DNA of 64,000 nt from Hemiscyllium ocellatum (Eukaryota): assembly GCF_020745735.1 (NCBI RefSeq), contig NC_083404.1, forward strand, positions 13,020,001 through 13,084,000, in the 5' to 3' direction. Of this stretch, positions 1 to 13,983 are shown in pieces; the stretch's first letter is position 1; every line of letters starts with the position of its first letter. A program made the position numbers and the translations under genes. Under the pieces are notes generated by a model. That model was given only the letters and a program-made list of their open reading frames with translations, was not told the DNA's origin and searched no databases.

Positions 1-830
1 GCATTTACCTTCATTCACAAATCAAATACATTGATTTAATGATCTTGCTCTTAACTCAAGTGCTTTATTTCAGAATGAACAGAATAATATTTTATTTTTG
101 ATGGTGAAACATTAAAACATTTTTATTATATAGCTACAAAGGTCGATGCATGTGTCTGAGCTGCAGTGAACACCATAGTTTTTTTTGACATTCCAAGTTG
201 AGAATCGTTGAAAAGCCAAGATGCTGCAAATGAGTAGAGACGAATGCATGCAGTGAGCTTATTACAGGCAATGCATGCAGATCAAGCAGTGGTTCTTATA
301 GGGACTGCACCCTGTATGCATGTGGACAGATGGATGTTAAAGGTAGGGAGATGATGAATAGTTCCTCTGATGTGGTATTGAACAAGCAGGCTGTGGATAG
401 AATAAGGGAGATCACTCTCAGGGGCAGGAAATCCTCCAGGCAACATCTTTCCCTTTAGCCTGAAGATGTTGTCAAGGAGATCACTGACAGCAGCAAAATT
501 CCTAAGGACAGGGACAAGGTGATTCAGCAAATAATTCAATTACTTTACCATAACTTTCCAGTTAAGAATTATCTTCTCATGTTAATGATTCTCTTACATT
601 TACACCACCTGCAGCCACAGTCCTCACAAAACTGCTTTTCTTCATTATACCATAATCATTACACTTTACTCCTGCTGCTCACACAATCCAGACTTCCGAT
701 TCTCAACACAATTGCAATCCCTGCTTGCTCCTGTCTCCCACACGTGTTCAGGCAAGTTTAAAGAGTTGTTAAGACAACTTATCGGATCTTTGGATTTATA
801 AATGGAAGCAATGTGTAGAAAAGGAAGGAA

Positions 831-910
831 ATATCTGGTCGGCATGGACAGGTTGGACGGAAGGGTCTGTTTCTATGCTGTACATCTCTATGTCTCTATG
901 ACTCTATGAC
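831..910 (+). mobile_element. HER1/CR1 LINE 3' tail fragment
   Basis: GGTCGGCATGGAC...GAAGGGTCTGTTTC..TGCTGTAC followed by (TCTATGAC)n-like terminal repeat, as at other HER1 ends in the window. Confidence 0.8.
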
Positions 911-917
911 AACCTGT

Positions 918-1231
918 GGGCAACACGGTGGCACAGTGGTTAGCACTGCTGCCTCTTAGCGCCAGAGACCCGGGTTCAATTCCCGCCTCATATGACTGAC
1001 TGTGTGGAGATTGCATATTCTCCCCGTGCCTGCGTGGGTTTCCTCCAGGTGCTCTGTTTTCCTCCCACAGTCCAAATGCAGGTTAGGTGAATTGGCCATG
1101 CTAAATTGCCTGTAGTGTTAGGTAAGGAGGTAAATGTAGGGGAATGGGCCTGGGTGGGTTGTGCTTCGGCAGGTCGGTGTGGACTTGTTGGGCCGAAGGG
1201 CCTGTTTCCACACTGTAGTTAATCTAATCTA
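918..1231 (+). mobile_element. HE1 SINE (tRNA-derived V-SINE), full length
   Basis: A box TGGCACAGTGG, B box GGTTCAATTCC, V-domain GTGGGTTTCCTCC..TTTCCTCCCACAGTCC, CR1-like tail GGGCCGAAGGGCCTGTTTCC, (AATCT)n end. Confidence 0.92.
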
Positions 1232-1410
1232 AAAAACAACATACAAACTGCCAAGGTATTTGTCAAAATATATGATTGTCACAGCTGGCACTTCAAATGG
1301 TTTGCCTCTTACATGGGATTGGGTGAGGGGTTTGCTGCCACCGCATTTTGTGTATGCTGTGTTTAGGACATGTCTAGTGCGTTTATGGTCTGCATAAAGG
1401 AATGAGTTTT

Positions 1411-2200
1411 AGAGTCAGAGTCATAGAGACGTACAGCTCGGAAACAGACCCTTCGGTCCAACTGGTCCCTGCTGACCAGATATCCCAACCCAATCTAGTC
1501 CCACCTGCCAGCATCTATCTCTCCAAACTCTTCCTATTCATATACCCATCCAAACTTTAAATGTTGTAACTGTACCAGCCTCCACCACTTCCTCTGGCAG
1601 CTCATTCCATATGCGTACCACCCTCTGCATGAAAAAAATTGCCCCTTAGGTCTCTTTTATATTTTTCCCCTCTCACCCTAAACCTACACCCTCTAGTTCT
1701 GGACTCCCCCCCGCGCCCCCACCAGGGAAAAGACTTTGTCTATTTATCCTATCCAAGCCCCTCATGGTTTTATAAACCTCTGTATGGTCACCCCTTAGCC
1801 TCCGATGCTCCAGGGAAAACAGCCCCAGCCTATTCAATCTCTCGCTATAGCTCAGATCCTCCAACCCTGGCATCGTCTTTGTAAATCTTTTCTGAACTCT
1901 TTCAAGTTTCACAACATCTCTGATAGGAAGGAGACCAGAATTGCATGCAATATTCCAACTGTGGCCTAACCAATGTCCTGTATAGCTACAACTTGACCTC
2001 CCAACTCCTGTACTCAATACTCTGACCAATAAAGGAAGGCATACCAAACACCTTCTTCACTATCCTATCTACCTGCGACTCTACTTTCAAGGAGCTATGA
2101 ACCTGCACTCCAAGGTCTCTTTGTTCAGCAACACTCCCGAGGACCTTACCATTAAGTGTATAAGTCCTGCCAAGATTTGCTTTTCCAAAATGCAGCACCT
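1411..2200 (-). mobile_element. HER1/CR1 LINE, 5'-truncated
   Basis: ORFs 1986-2198 and 1673-2047 give the CR1 ORF2 C-terminus (LHFGKAN..., LERVQKRFT..LGLFSLE.RRLRGD); 3' UTR and terminal repeat present. Confidence 0.92.
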
Positions 2201-2377
2201 GATACTATGGTTTATTACTTGCTAGCAATAAGTCCAATTTACTTTACTAATCAGGCGTAACTATTAGGGACTCTCAGGAGCCATACAGAATACATGTGTT
2301 CCTGCAAAAGTTAGTGTCAAACCCACCTCTACCTGAAGGCTTTGTATGTGCGATTTTCAGGTAGGGTGAAGCTAGTA

Positions 2378-2715
2378 CAGGTACACAATCTTTTATCTGA
2401 AATCCTTGGAGTAAGTTGTTTTTCGGATTTTAGAACTTTTCAGATTTCAGAATAAATGGCATTTTCACAGTGAAACATTAAAAATGTTACCGAACAGCTG
2501 ATCCATGTGTGACTAGTACGAGCGCTGAGATACCTGCCAGTGCTGGGCCACGCCGCCACATCACGTCTGAGTGATGTAGGTCAAGTGGGTGTGAAGTTGG
2601 GTCACCTGTTCACACACCAAACAAACTTGTTATGCAGAAAAAGACTTCATGAGAAAACCTTCGGACTTCGGAGCTTTTCGGATTTCGGAATTTCGGATAA
2701 AGGGTTATGTACCTG
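2378..2715. mobile_element. Tigger/pogo-like MITE
   Basis: Imperfect TIRs CAGGTACACAATCTTTTATCTGAAAT / ATTTCGGATAAAGGGTTATGTACCTG, flanked by TA on both sides. Confidence 0.8.
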
Positions 2716-2723
2716 TACAATAC

Positions 2724-3056
2724 AGTCATAGAGTCATAAGGTTGTCCAGCACAGAAACAGACTATTCGGTCCAACTCGTCCATGCTGACCCCTTATCCTA
2801 AATTCACCTAATCTCATTTGGCAACACTTGGCCCATATCCCTCGAAACCCTTCCTATTGATGCACCATTCAGATGTCCTTTAAATGCTGTAATTGTACCA
2901 ACCTCCACCATTTCCCCTGGCAGCTCATTCTATACACACACCAACCTCTGTGTGAAACAGTTGCCCCTTAGGTCCCTTTTATATCTTTCCTCTCTCACCT
3001 TAAACCTACGCCCGGTGGTTTTGGACTCTCCTAAGCTGGGATGAAGACCTTGGCTA
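2724..3056 (-). mobile_element. HER1/CR1 LINE 3' end
   Basis: Homologous to 1411-1740 and other HER1 3' UTRs. Confidence 0.88.
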
Positions 3057-3402
3057 CAATTTCAACATTACATTTTTCAGAATCATTACCCTTTTAATAT
3101 ATCACTTCCTAAGCTTTTCCCCAATAGTTAAGCCAGTATACAATCATGTGTGCATGAAGATACACACATACATGATTGTAAACTGGATTATATAATATGG
3201 CTATATATAGTATATAAAATTATATTAACTTTACCACTACTCCATTTGCCTGAAATATCTGGGGCTTCACAAATGTAGGCAGTGTGGATAGTTCACCATT
3301 TTCACAGGAGGCATTCTATTTGGCCTCGGAACAGTTGGTAACTGTTCACCTGGTTCCAATCCTTGGATCATTTCTCTGCTGGAGGATCCTTTATCTCTTG
3401 GG

Positions 3403-6040
3403 TAACATAGAACATAGAAAGGTACAGCACAGTACAGGCACCCCAGCCTACAATGTTGTGCCGAGGATTAATCTGAATCTAAACTAAAATAACCTAATCT
3501 ATGCTCCCCTCAACTCACTGTGCATGTCCAGCAGTCACTTAAGTGTCCCTAATGACTCTGCTTCCACCACCACCATTGGCAACACATTCACAACTCTCTG
3601 CATAAAGAACTTCCTCTGACATCTCCTCTATACCTTCCTCCTTACACCTTAAAACTATAACCCCTCGTGGCAGTCAATCCTGCCTTGGGAAAAAGTCTCT
3701 GGCTATCGACTCTATCCATGCCTCTCATTACCTTGTGTACCTCGATCAGGTCACCTCTTTTCCTCCTTCTCACCAGAAAGAAAAGTCCAAGCTCAATCAA
3801 CCCCTCCTCGTAAGACCAGCCTTCCAATCCAGGCAGCATCCTGGACTCCTTTGCATCCTCTCCAAAGCCTCCACAACTTTCCTATAATAGGGCGACCAGA
3901 ACTGATAAAATATTCCAAGTGTGGTCTCACCAGGGTTTTGTACAGCTGCAGCAAAACCTTGTGGCTCTTAAACTCGATCCCCCTGTTAATGAAAGCCAGA
4001 ACACCATATGCTTTCTTAACAACCCTATCCACTTGGGTGGTAACTTTGAGGGATCTATGCACTTGAACACCAAGATCCCACTGTTCCTCCACACTGCCAA
4101 GAATCCTGTCTTTAATCCTATATTCAGCATTCAAGTTCAACCTTCCAAAAAGCATCACTTTGCATTTATCCAGGTTGAATTCCATCTGCCATTTCTCAGC
4201 CCAGCTCTGCATCCTGTCTATGTCACGCTGCAGCCTGCAATAGCCCTCATTACTATCAATGGCACCTCCAACCTTTGTGTCATCGACAAACTTACTAATC
4301 CACCCCTCAACCTCCTCAACTAAGTCATTTATAAAAACTACAAAGAGCAGAGGCCCAAGAACAGAGCTCTGCAGGACCCCACTCAACACTGTTCTCCAGG
4401 CAGAATACGTTCCATCTACAACCATTCTGCCTTCTGTCATCCAACCAATTCTGAATCCAGATAGCCAAATCTCCCCGTATCCCGTACTTCCTGACTTTAT
4501 GAACGGGCCTACCATTGGGTAGGCTTTATCAAATGCCTTACCGAAGTCCATGTACACCACATCCACTGCTCAACCTTTGTCAACCTGTCTCGTCACCTCC
4601 TCAAAGAACTCAATAAGATTTGTGAGGCATGACCTGCCCCTCGCAAAGCCATGCTGACTGTCTTTAATCACGCTATGCTTTTCCAAATAGTCATAAATCC
4701 TATCCCTCAGAATTCTTTCCAAAACCTTGCTGACCACAGACATAAGACTGACTAGTCTGTAATTGCCAGGGATTTCCTTATTCCCCTTCTTGAACAGAGG
4801 AACAACATTTACCTCCCTTCAATCCTCTGGTACAATTCCGCAGAGAGTGAGGAAGCAAAGAGCTTTGCCAGTGGCTTAGCAACCTCCTTTCTCATTTCAC
4901 TAAGCAACCTAGGATAAATCTGGTCTGGCCCTGGGGACTTATCAATCCTAATGTTTGCCAAAATTTCCAGCACATCAATCTGGATCTGTTCAAGCCTGTT
5001 TCCCTGTTCCTCAAAGTTCTCATTCACAATAAGGTCCCTGTCCTTAGTGAAAACCAAAACAAAAACTCATTTAGAGCTTTCACTATCTGCTCAGACTCCA
5101 AGCACAAGTTCCCTACGCTATCCCTGGTCGGCCTTACCTTCTCCCTGTTCATTCTCCTATTCCTCATGTATGAGTAAAACGCCTTTGGATTCTCCCTAAA
5201 CCTTCTTGCCAAGCCTTCTTCATGCTCCCTCCTGGCTCTCCTCAGTCCATTTCTGAGCTCCTTTTTAGCAAGCCTGTAATCCTCTAAAGCTATGCTAGAT
5301 TCTTGCTTCCTCCACCTTACGTAAGCTGCCTTCTTTCTTCTGACGAGAAGCTCCTCTGTTCTTGTCATCCAAGGCTCCTTAATCTTACCCCTTCTTACCT
5401 GTCTCTGAGAAATAAATTTATGCATCACTTGCAACAACTGCTCCTTAAACAGTCTCCACATGTCTGTGGTGCCCTTTCTGTGGAACAATTGCTCCCAATC
5501 AGTATTTCCCATATCCTTTTGATAGCATCATAATTTCTTTTGCCCCAATTAAATATTTTCCCATAATAACTGCTACTTTCCCTCTCCAATGCAATGGTAA
5601 GCGCGAGGCAGTTGTAGTTACTGTCACCAAAGTGTTCTCCCACTGCGAGATCTGACACCTGTCCTGGCTCATTGCCAAGCACTAAAATCCAAAATGGCCT
5701 CTCCCCTCATCAGCCTGTCTACATAGTGAGTAGGGAAACCCTCGAGAACACATCTGACTAAAAGCAGCTCCATCCAAATCATCTGCACTGAGGAGGTCCC
5801 AATCAAGATTGGGAAAGTTGAAATCACCCATAACAACAACCTTGTTGCGTCTGCACGTTTCCAAAATCTGCCAGCCTGTGAGTTCTTTTATCTCCCTCCT
5901 GCTATTAGGGGATCTGTAGAAAACCCCCATTGAGGTGACTGCTCCCTTGCTGTTCCTAACTTCCACCCACACTGACTCAGGAGAGAAACCTTTCTCGATA
6001 ACCTTCATTTCTCTAGCTGTGCTGCCCTCTCTGATTAGCA
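3403..6040 (-). mobile_element. CR1 LINE (second subfamily), degraded ORF2 with endonuclease and RT
   Basis: Frameshifted ORFs: ESVWVE..GVFYRSPN..VVMGDFNFP (APE), KSPGPDQIYPR, DVVYMDFGKAFDK..SVLGPLLF..ISKFVDDTK (RT); (TTCTATG)n-type tail. Confidence 0.93.
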
Positions 6041-6591
6041 TGCTTAGGATTGATCAGTCGATATACAATGGCGGGCATTTAAGGGGATGCTTTGGAACAT
6101 ACAGAATAGATATGCCCTAATAAGGAAGAAAGTTCCGAGGATTAGACCCACGATTCATGGTTAATTAATAAGTGAAGGATACCAACAAATTCTTAAAATA
6201 GCACATATTTTTGCAAAGATGGGGGACATGTGAGAAAATTAAACCAAATAAGCAGGAAGCTGCATATTTCTGTTGAACTTTGCTCATCTAAGTGTTCTTT
6301 TCTTTTCCCCGAATCAAGTCATTTATTATTTTTTATTAATGTACTGTAATCTGCTGTTCTTTAATTCTTTAAAGCTTGCTTTCATCAATGCTGTTTCAAT
6401 TTCAATTACTGTAGAGTTTGCTTAACTATGAACTTTATTTTCTACATTTTCCACTGCCTTTGCACTTTGGATTGATGTAGCTGTCCTAAAATTCTTCAAT
6501 CAAACTTTAAATTGCATTACTGACTGTTCTGTAGTGATTTACCTCTTTCAAGATTTCAAAATTCTGTTTCCTTCTTTAATATCTATATCTA

Positions 6592-6828
6592 TTTGGAGTG
6601 TGCAGTTTGCACATTCTCCCCGTGACTGCATGGGTTTTCTCCCACAATCCAAAGGTGTGCAGGTAGGGTGGATTGGCCATGGAGAATTATCCCATGGTGT
6701 CCAGGGATGTGGGTTCACCATGGGAAATGGATGGTTACAAGGATAGGTTTGGGTCTGGTTGGGATAGTCTTTGGTTGGGCGGTGTGGACTCAATGGGCCA
6801 AACGGCCAGGTCCCAGGGATTCTATGAA
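6592..6828 (+). mobile_element. V-SINE (HE1-related), partial
   Basis: V-domain (GTTTGCACATTCTCCCCGTG..CTCCCACAATCCAAAG) and GGGATTCTATG end; similar to 54107-54466 and 56955-57260. Confidence 0.75.
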
Positions 6829-7904
6829 TCGAAGAAAAATCAAAACACTTGTCTGAGTTAACATGATGGTTTATTGTTTGCTAGTAACAGGTACGCTCAC
6901 ATTATAGGACAGGTAACATTACTGGGGACTCTTGGGTGTTACACAGCACACACTTGCTCGCACCTATACTCGCAACAAACATTTCAAACATATTTGAATA
7001 AGGAGTGATAAACACCAAACAAACACGTAAAAATTCTAAAAAAAGATAATGAAAGAAGATATCAGTGAAGAGAAAAATGTGGTCAACAAATTAGAATACT
7101 TCTAAATTTTTAAAAGTTGGCTTTATATTGTGCAAGTGTATGTGCAGTTTAAAAAATCAGAGGGGAGCACTTGCAGTTGTAAACTTCAGCTCTGATGAAG
7201 GATCATCCCGACTCCATGTCTAATCAGCTGGCAATTCGAGCATTTGCTTGTTTGCATGTGCGGTTGGTATTCATTATAGGATTGTGGGTGTCAGCTGACA
7301 TATTGGTAGGACCCACTCTCTCCTTCCAAAGGTTGTTTGTGATATCATCACATTGGGTCCAGCTTCAATTTTAACTCTTTCAGAGCTGTTACCTGGTACA
7401 ACAACACTGGCCTTGGAAAGCACATAGGGTAATGTATTCTGTGACTCCTCTGATCTTGGGAAAGTGGATGAAGTCTGGTGTTCTCCCACCCACTTTGCTT
7501 TGTGTCTTGGGAGTGTCATTTACATGTTGCACCTGCAGTTTCAGCAAATTCTCTGATATAGCGTGAACAAAATTTGCTGGGGAATATTGTAGATTGCATC
7601 ACCTGCACCCAGGAAGAGGCCTTTTTCAATTAAAGGACATCGTACTTTTGCCAGAGGCTTCAATTATGACTGTAACAGGTGACGTGGCAAAGGCAATAAT
7701 CCTTGTGGAGATTGGGAACCACGTCAAACATTGCTGCTTTGTGAAATTAATTTAAGGTAATGCTCCCTAAAGACCTGCTGCTCGGTGCCCTCCCTCTTCA
7801 TCTAACTACTGTCACCTGTTTTTCTTTACTGTATCCAATGTCCCGAAGGCAACAAGGCAAATTGGCAAATAAATGATGTGGAATGAATGTGTTCTTTGAA
7901 TAGT

Positions 7905-8117
7905 CATGATTTGGAGATGCCGGTGTTGGACTGGGGTGTACACAGTTAAAAATCACACAACACCAGGTTATGGTCCAACAGGTTTCATTGGAAGCACACT
8001 AGCTTTCGGAGCGACGATCCTTCATCAGGTGAAGGAGCAAGGAGCGTCGCTCCGAAAGCTAGTGTGCTTCCAATTAAACCTGTTGGACTATAACCTGGTG
8101 TTGTGTGAGTTTTAACT
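7905..8117. mobile_element. Fold-back PLE end (family B) with hammerhead motif
   Basis: Inverted arms 7944-8027 and ~8040-8117; unpaired tail 7905-7943; minus-strand CTGATGA-stem-GAAAGCTA at 7997-8031. Confidence 0.78.
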
Positions 8118-9551
8118 AATTCTTAAAATAGAACTGCACAATTCGTACTGTCTTCCTCTGCTAGGCAATTTTGTCGTGTGGTTTAGGCGCTCAGGGAAAA
8201 CTTATTTCACAAAATGGTCCTATGAGAGGCTAAGAGTCTTTAATATAATTTGTAGATGCTACTTATACACCAATAACATAACTGCAGCTTGTCCAGCTTC
8301 TAAGCCCTTAACCAAGGATCTATTAAGATGCCATTGGTTTTCAGCTGAAGTCACTGGGGCAAGAAACCTCACGCAAACACAAGAAATTTAGGCTATTGCC
8401 TTGAAGAGGTGGGGTGGGGTGGGGTGGGGGAGGGTTGCAGTAAGCTTGGTATATATGGCACTATGATTAAGAACTTTCCATAATTTCTCCAGGTATCAGT
8501 GGAGAAGCTCATGATTTATAGATAATTATGGCGTAACATGATTATTATCATAAGTCACATCATAACGTCCTGTTCAACTCACCAAGAAATTCTGTGCCTT
8601 TGATTCACTGTTGAAAATGCCAGATTTATTCAGGTTAAGTTGGTTACTCTACTGATGAGTGTAGAATACCACTTGTTGGCTTAGGGTTTCATTATCACTT
8701 TTGCACTTGACAATATTGAATTTGAGGTCCATCGTTTTTTAAAAGAAAAGTAAGGTACTTCATCATACACGTTGTGGCTTGACATTTCCTTTCATCTGAA
8801 ATTCAGTATTTTCATTTTGTGATTAGAAATGATGCACAAACAACAGAAAGTCAATTTCCTTTGAAGGCAGATTTGGGAAAGATATTTGTTAGTCTGGTTT
8901 GGAGAAATGAGATCACATATGGCTGATGTCATTTAGTGGCTCAGTTCCTGCTCTGTTGTGTGCACTCCTTTCGACTACAATCCATCAAGACAATGTCAAG
9001 TGCCAAGTATAAGGCTGGACTGCTAGCACTTGCTTTATTGCAGGATTCATAATTTATTGCCTCGGGCAGAAGTTGATGAAATAGCTAAAACTGGCAATGG
9101 TCACTAACTTGTTTATACTGTAATTGTATTTGCCAAGGGAACAGTTTTCCATTAGCAATTACAGGTTGGTGAGCAGCCCATTTGAATGAAACAAAAAAAC
9201 TGTTAAACGCCATTACAGCTAGCCAAAAGCCATACAGATTATACCAGTTCCCTGGCAGATGCAATTAGTTGCCCAAAGGTCACCACACAGATGGTTTCTG
9301 GAAGGAACTATACAACCACCAGCAGGACGTAACATGGGCAGCACTTTTGTGAAGGGTCATCTAGTTAGTTCCAATCTACTGCTCTTTCCAATAAACCAAT
9401 CCGCCATCACTTCATTCCGTTTGAATGTTACTATATCCACCACGTCACCAACCGAAATTCAGATATGTTCCTGAGCTTACTCAGTTAAAAAACGCCTTTC
9501 CTCAAGGTGTCTCTAATTGTTTTGCCAATCGTTATAAATTTGTGATGGACA

Positions 9552-11010
9552 GTCACAGAAACATAAAGGTTTACAGCACAGAAGAAGGCTCATTGAGTCT
9601 GCGCTGGTCACCTCACTATTCTAATCCCACTTACCAGCACTTGGCCCATAGCCTGGTATACCTTGGGTGGACACCTAAATGTTAGTTCTTAAATGTTATG
9701 AGGGTTTCTGCCTAAACCATTCTTGCAGGCAATCAGTTACAGATTCCCATTGCCCTCTGGGTAAAAAAACATCTTCCCTCATGGCTCCCCTAAACCTCTT
9801 GTTTTTGAGTTAAATATATGTCCTTTGGCCATTAATCCCTCAATCAAGGGAAAAGTCTCTTCCTGTCTACGCTGTCTATTTCCCTCATGATTTTAACTGT
9901 TTCAGTAATGTCCCCCTTCCAATTCCTCTTCTCCAAGGAAAATAACCCAACCTGTCTAACCTCTTGTCATAACTAAACTCCCAGCCCACACAACATTCAG
10001 GTAAATCTCCTTCGCACCCTCAGCAGTGCAATTGCATCCCTTCTATAGTGTGGATTCTCGATTTCACACAGTACTCTAGTTGTGGCCCAACCAACATTTT
10101 ATACCGTCCCGGCATAACCTCCCTGCTGTTAAACTTTATGCCTTGATTAATTGAGGTGAGTATTCCATATGCCTATCTATCTGCCCTGCTGCCTAAAGGG
10201 ACTGGTGGACATGCCTTGTTTATTCTGCCCAAGTGTATTGCTTCCCATTTATCTCAATTGAATTCCATTTGCCCCTGTTCAACTCATCTCACCAGTCAAC
10301 CTATATCCTTTTGTGATCTAAAACTATCCTCACTTTTTACCACCTAATCAATTTTCGTATCATTTGCAAACTCGGTGATTATTCCTCCTACATTCAAGTC
10401 CAAATCATTTATGCATACCACAAACACCGATCCCTGTGGGACTCCACTGGACACAGACTTCCAATTGCAAAAACACTGCTCAACCATCACCGTCTGCTTC
10501 CTGTCATTCAACCAATTCTGGATCCAATTAGCTAAATGTCTTTGGACCCCTTGGTTCTTATGTTTACTGTCCCTCTCCCGTGCAGGACCTTATCTAAAGC
10601 CTTGCTGGCATCCAAGTAGACTACATCAAATGTATTGCCCTCATGTGCACGCCTGGTTACCTCTTTGAAAAATTCAGTTAAGTTAGTCAGATTTGACCTC
10701 CCCTTAACAAAACTCCACTGACTGTTCTTGATTAATCTCCACCTCTCCAAGTGAAGATTACTTCTGTCCTAGAGAATTACTTCTAATATTTTTCCCAGCA
10801 CTGAAGTTAAATGGGCTGACCTGTAGTTTCCTAGTTTATCCCTTACACCCCTCTTGAATAATGGTACTACAGTCCTCTGGCATCTGAGCTGTGATCAGGA
10901 AAGAATTGGAAATTATTGCCCAATAGTTAAAATTATAACAAATACTATCCCCACTATTCCCTCCTTTATCACCCAATAGCCTGGAATACATTTCATCCTG
11001 GCCTGAAGAT
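9552..11010 (-). mobile_element. Old CR1 LINE, internally deleted
   Basis: ORF 10532-10750 (SQWSFVKGRSNLTNLTEFF..DVVYLDASKALDKV), CR1 RT and 3' UTR similarity. Confidence 0.85.
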
Positions 11011-11842
11011 TATACACTTTTATTTATTTTTACTTCAATTTATCCCATTTCTGACTCCAGCCCCTGGTCAGTTGAAGCTAAAGAATATAGCCTTGCAAAC
11101 TATAAAGTGCTCCAAATTACTAGATACACACAATCACACAAGGTGTGCCCCCTTCCAACTGCTCATGTGAGCTCTTTTTTATTTCCTTCTTTTAAACCAT
11201 CAACAATTAAAACAAAAACACTATAAATCTCCTCTTAGCTTTCTGTGCTCTAACACTACCAGCCTCTCAAATCTATCCACATAACCATATTCCTAATAAC
11301 CGGAACCAGTCTAGTCATTCACTTCTGCCTGCTTTCCAAAGTCTTCACCTCCTTCCTTAAGTGTGGTGCCTGGAAGTGTTGAGGTGTTTAAATCCACAAG
11401 ATAATATTCAGTTCATTATTTCTAATAAGTTGCAACGTTAACAAAAGGTTAACTGGCACAACGATTTTTCATGAACGCTAAAACTTTAAGGAACATTTGA
11501 GGCAAAGATGATGTGCAGCAAATAGGTTTTGTACAAAACTCTGTTTTGCCTGACCAGTGTGTCAGTGTTACTGAACACAACTGACCACCATCATTCTGAC
11601 CTTAGTCTTCAGCCAGTTTTGTTATTTAATATTCAAGAACAAACATCAGAAGGGTATCTCAGTGGCATCAGTAATAATACAATGATGCACTAGATTTACA
11701 TCGCAGTCTTCCTAAGGGAAAATTCAATCCTCTTTTAAGTTTTAGCACAGCACTTTGTGAACCTTCCTAGTTGAATTATAATAATGAAAGTTAATTCTGT
11801 AAAAGATGGATCTGTAAAATCTTCCATATTGTGTTGTAAAAT

Positions 11843-12180
11843 TTATTCATGGGACGTGGACTTCACTGGCTGGCCAGTGTTTCTTACTTATCTCTGGTTA
11901 CCCTTGAGAAAGTGGTGTTGAGCTGTCTTCTTGAAACTTTGCATTAGATATACTCCAGGCAGATCTACAACACTCTTAAAGAGAGAGCACCATTATTTTG
12001 ACCCCATGACAGTGAAGGCACAGCAATATATTTCCAAGTTAGGATGGTGAGTGGCTCAGAGTGGGAACTTGCAGGTGGAAGTATTCCCAATAATTTGCTG
12101 CCCATGTCCTTCTATATGGCAATGATTGGGAGCTTGCAAAATAATGTCTGAAGAGCCTTGGTGAATTTCTGCTATGCAAC
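11843..12180 (-). mobile_element. LINE family 2 (CR1/L2-like) 3' end
   Basis: Homologous to 35098-35420 (CCCTTGAGAA.GTGGTG.TGAGCTGTCTTCTTGAA). Confidence 0.72.
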
Positions 12181-13983
12181 ACAGGACAACAGATTTTTCT
12201 ATCAGTGACCTTATCTTGGCAAGTTACACTTGTGTTTCACAGCTTATTGCATGATAGCAACAGGAACAGCTTATGTCAACTTGCAAGGCATAATTACTTT
12301 GGAATATCAGAGCTCCACAGAAGACGTTTTCCACCTCTCAGGAGGTCATGTAGATCTCCAGCTGTATCCAGCCAAAGACTGTGTGGCATTTTGATATTGT
12401 GTGGAGCTTACTGCTTCATCAATATCATTACACTCTGTCACACTACCCACTGAGCTATGGGGTTGACACATTTGAACTAAGGTTAAATAAGGAATTGGGT
12501 ACCTCGAGGATTAGAAATCTCAAAGACCATAGCTATGGATCCTATTTGAAAGCTAAGAAAATCAGGAGGAAATGATGTACATTTAGAAGATAGGGTATGG
12601 CCAGGAGGAAATGATGTAAATTTCCCCTTAGAAGATGGGGTCTGGCATATGAATACTGTTCCCCCCACCCCCATCGCGAATTTGAAAACAGATATGGTGG
12701 AAAGGTAAACTTACAGTGCTTGAAGTTGGATATTGTGCTGGTTGACTCCATGAGCAGTGATCTCAGTGATTGTCTTCGCCTCTAGGGTGATTCCTACCAG
12801 CATTTTTGAGGTCATTTGAAAAGCAATGCAGCTGCAAGCAGGAATCTGGTCCAAGTGCTAGATTGGGTGCTTCATGCACACTGAAGCTAGACTAGCTGCT
12901 GACTCTCAGTGGGGTGTAGGTGATCCTACCTCTATTTTAATCAACACCTGAACCCAATCTTTGAAATCCCTTTTTAAAGTTTGTCCTTTGGCGTAGTTCA
13001 GGCCATTTGTGGACCTCATATACTCCCATCTGGAAGACAATATACTTTGCTTTGCCAGAACTACTGATAAACCAGTTCCATTTCATGACGAGAACATGAA
13101 ATCTCAGCAAAGGAGAACTCTCATCCTGACCTGTCAGTAATCAGGCATCTGCCTTAGAAATGGGGAATGGAAATGTGGCCTTTTCATATCAGAATACAAA
13201 CTAACAGAAATGATGAGTATAAGTTGTAACTGGATCTTTCCCAGTTCCCAAACAAAGGATTGTAATCAGACAAAATTACTGAAGAAAGTGATATTTGGAA
13301 GATTAACTAAAGGTTTGTGGACAGGAAACAATTATGCAGCAGGAGTTCTGCTCTGAATCACATAGCTGTGCCCTATCCATTATGACAACGAAAACCTGCC
13401 TAAATTGCTTGCCAATGTCCTTTCTGGCAGATGCATGTACCTTATTGATTCAGATTGAGGACCTTGTCTCCCATTCTATTGTCTTCTCTGAATAAAGGAA
13501 TGTGTTTGGAGTTTCCTACAAATACTGCACCTTGGCAACTTTCTGCATCTTGGCTGCAGCTGATGATGGATAATTTAAGCATTTATATTATACCTTTTTA
13601 TTAATCACGGGATGTGAGCATCACTGGAAAGGTCAGCATTTATTGTCCATCCCTAGTTGTCATGAAAGATGGCGTAATGAGTTATCTTCTTAAGCTGCTG
13701 AAAAACTCACACCTAGTGGAAGCTGAAAATTCAGTCCATGTGTCTCAGGCTGATGTCCTTTCACTGGAGTTGTGCATTCTCAGAAATGCAATAGATTGTA
13801 ACAAGTGGAAATCAGGTTAGGGGGAGAAGTGTGGAAAAAGAAACGAAAGGGCCAGGGTGAATGATTGAGTTAGAAGAGATTGAAAGACAGAGGAGTTGGT
13901 CAAAGAGAAAGTGAAAGGAAGACCTTACAAGCCAAACATCAGTGTTGGACCTATATTGTGTACAGCAAATTTTTCATTTTTAT

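Noticed and set aside
6867-6981. RSS-flanked D-segment look-alike (GTTTATTGT..ACTGGGG..CACAGCA-23-GCAACAAAC)
   Set aside because: Heptamers and nonamers are too degenerate, the paralogue lacks them, and I see no V, J or C exons in the window.
7274-7535. Possible minus-strand exon
   Set aside because: Splice-like motifs are present but no frame gives a recognisable protein.
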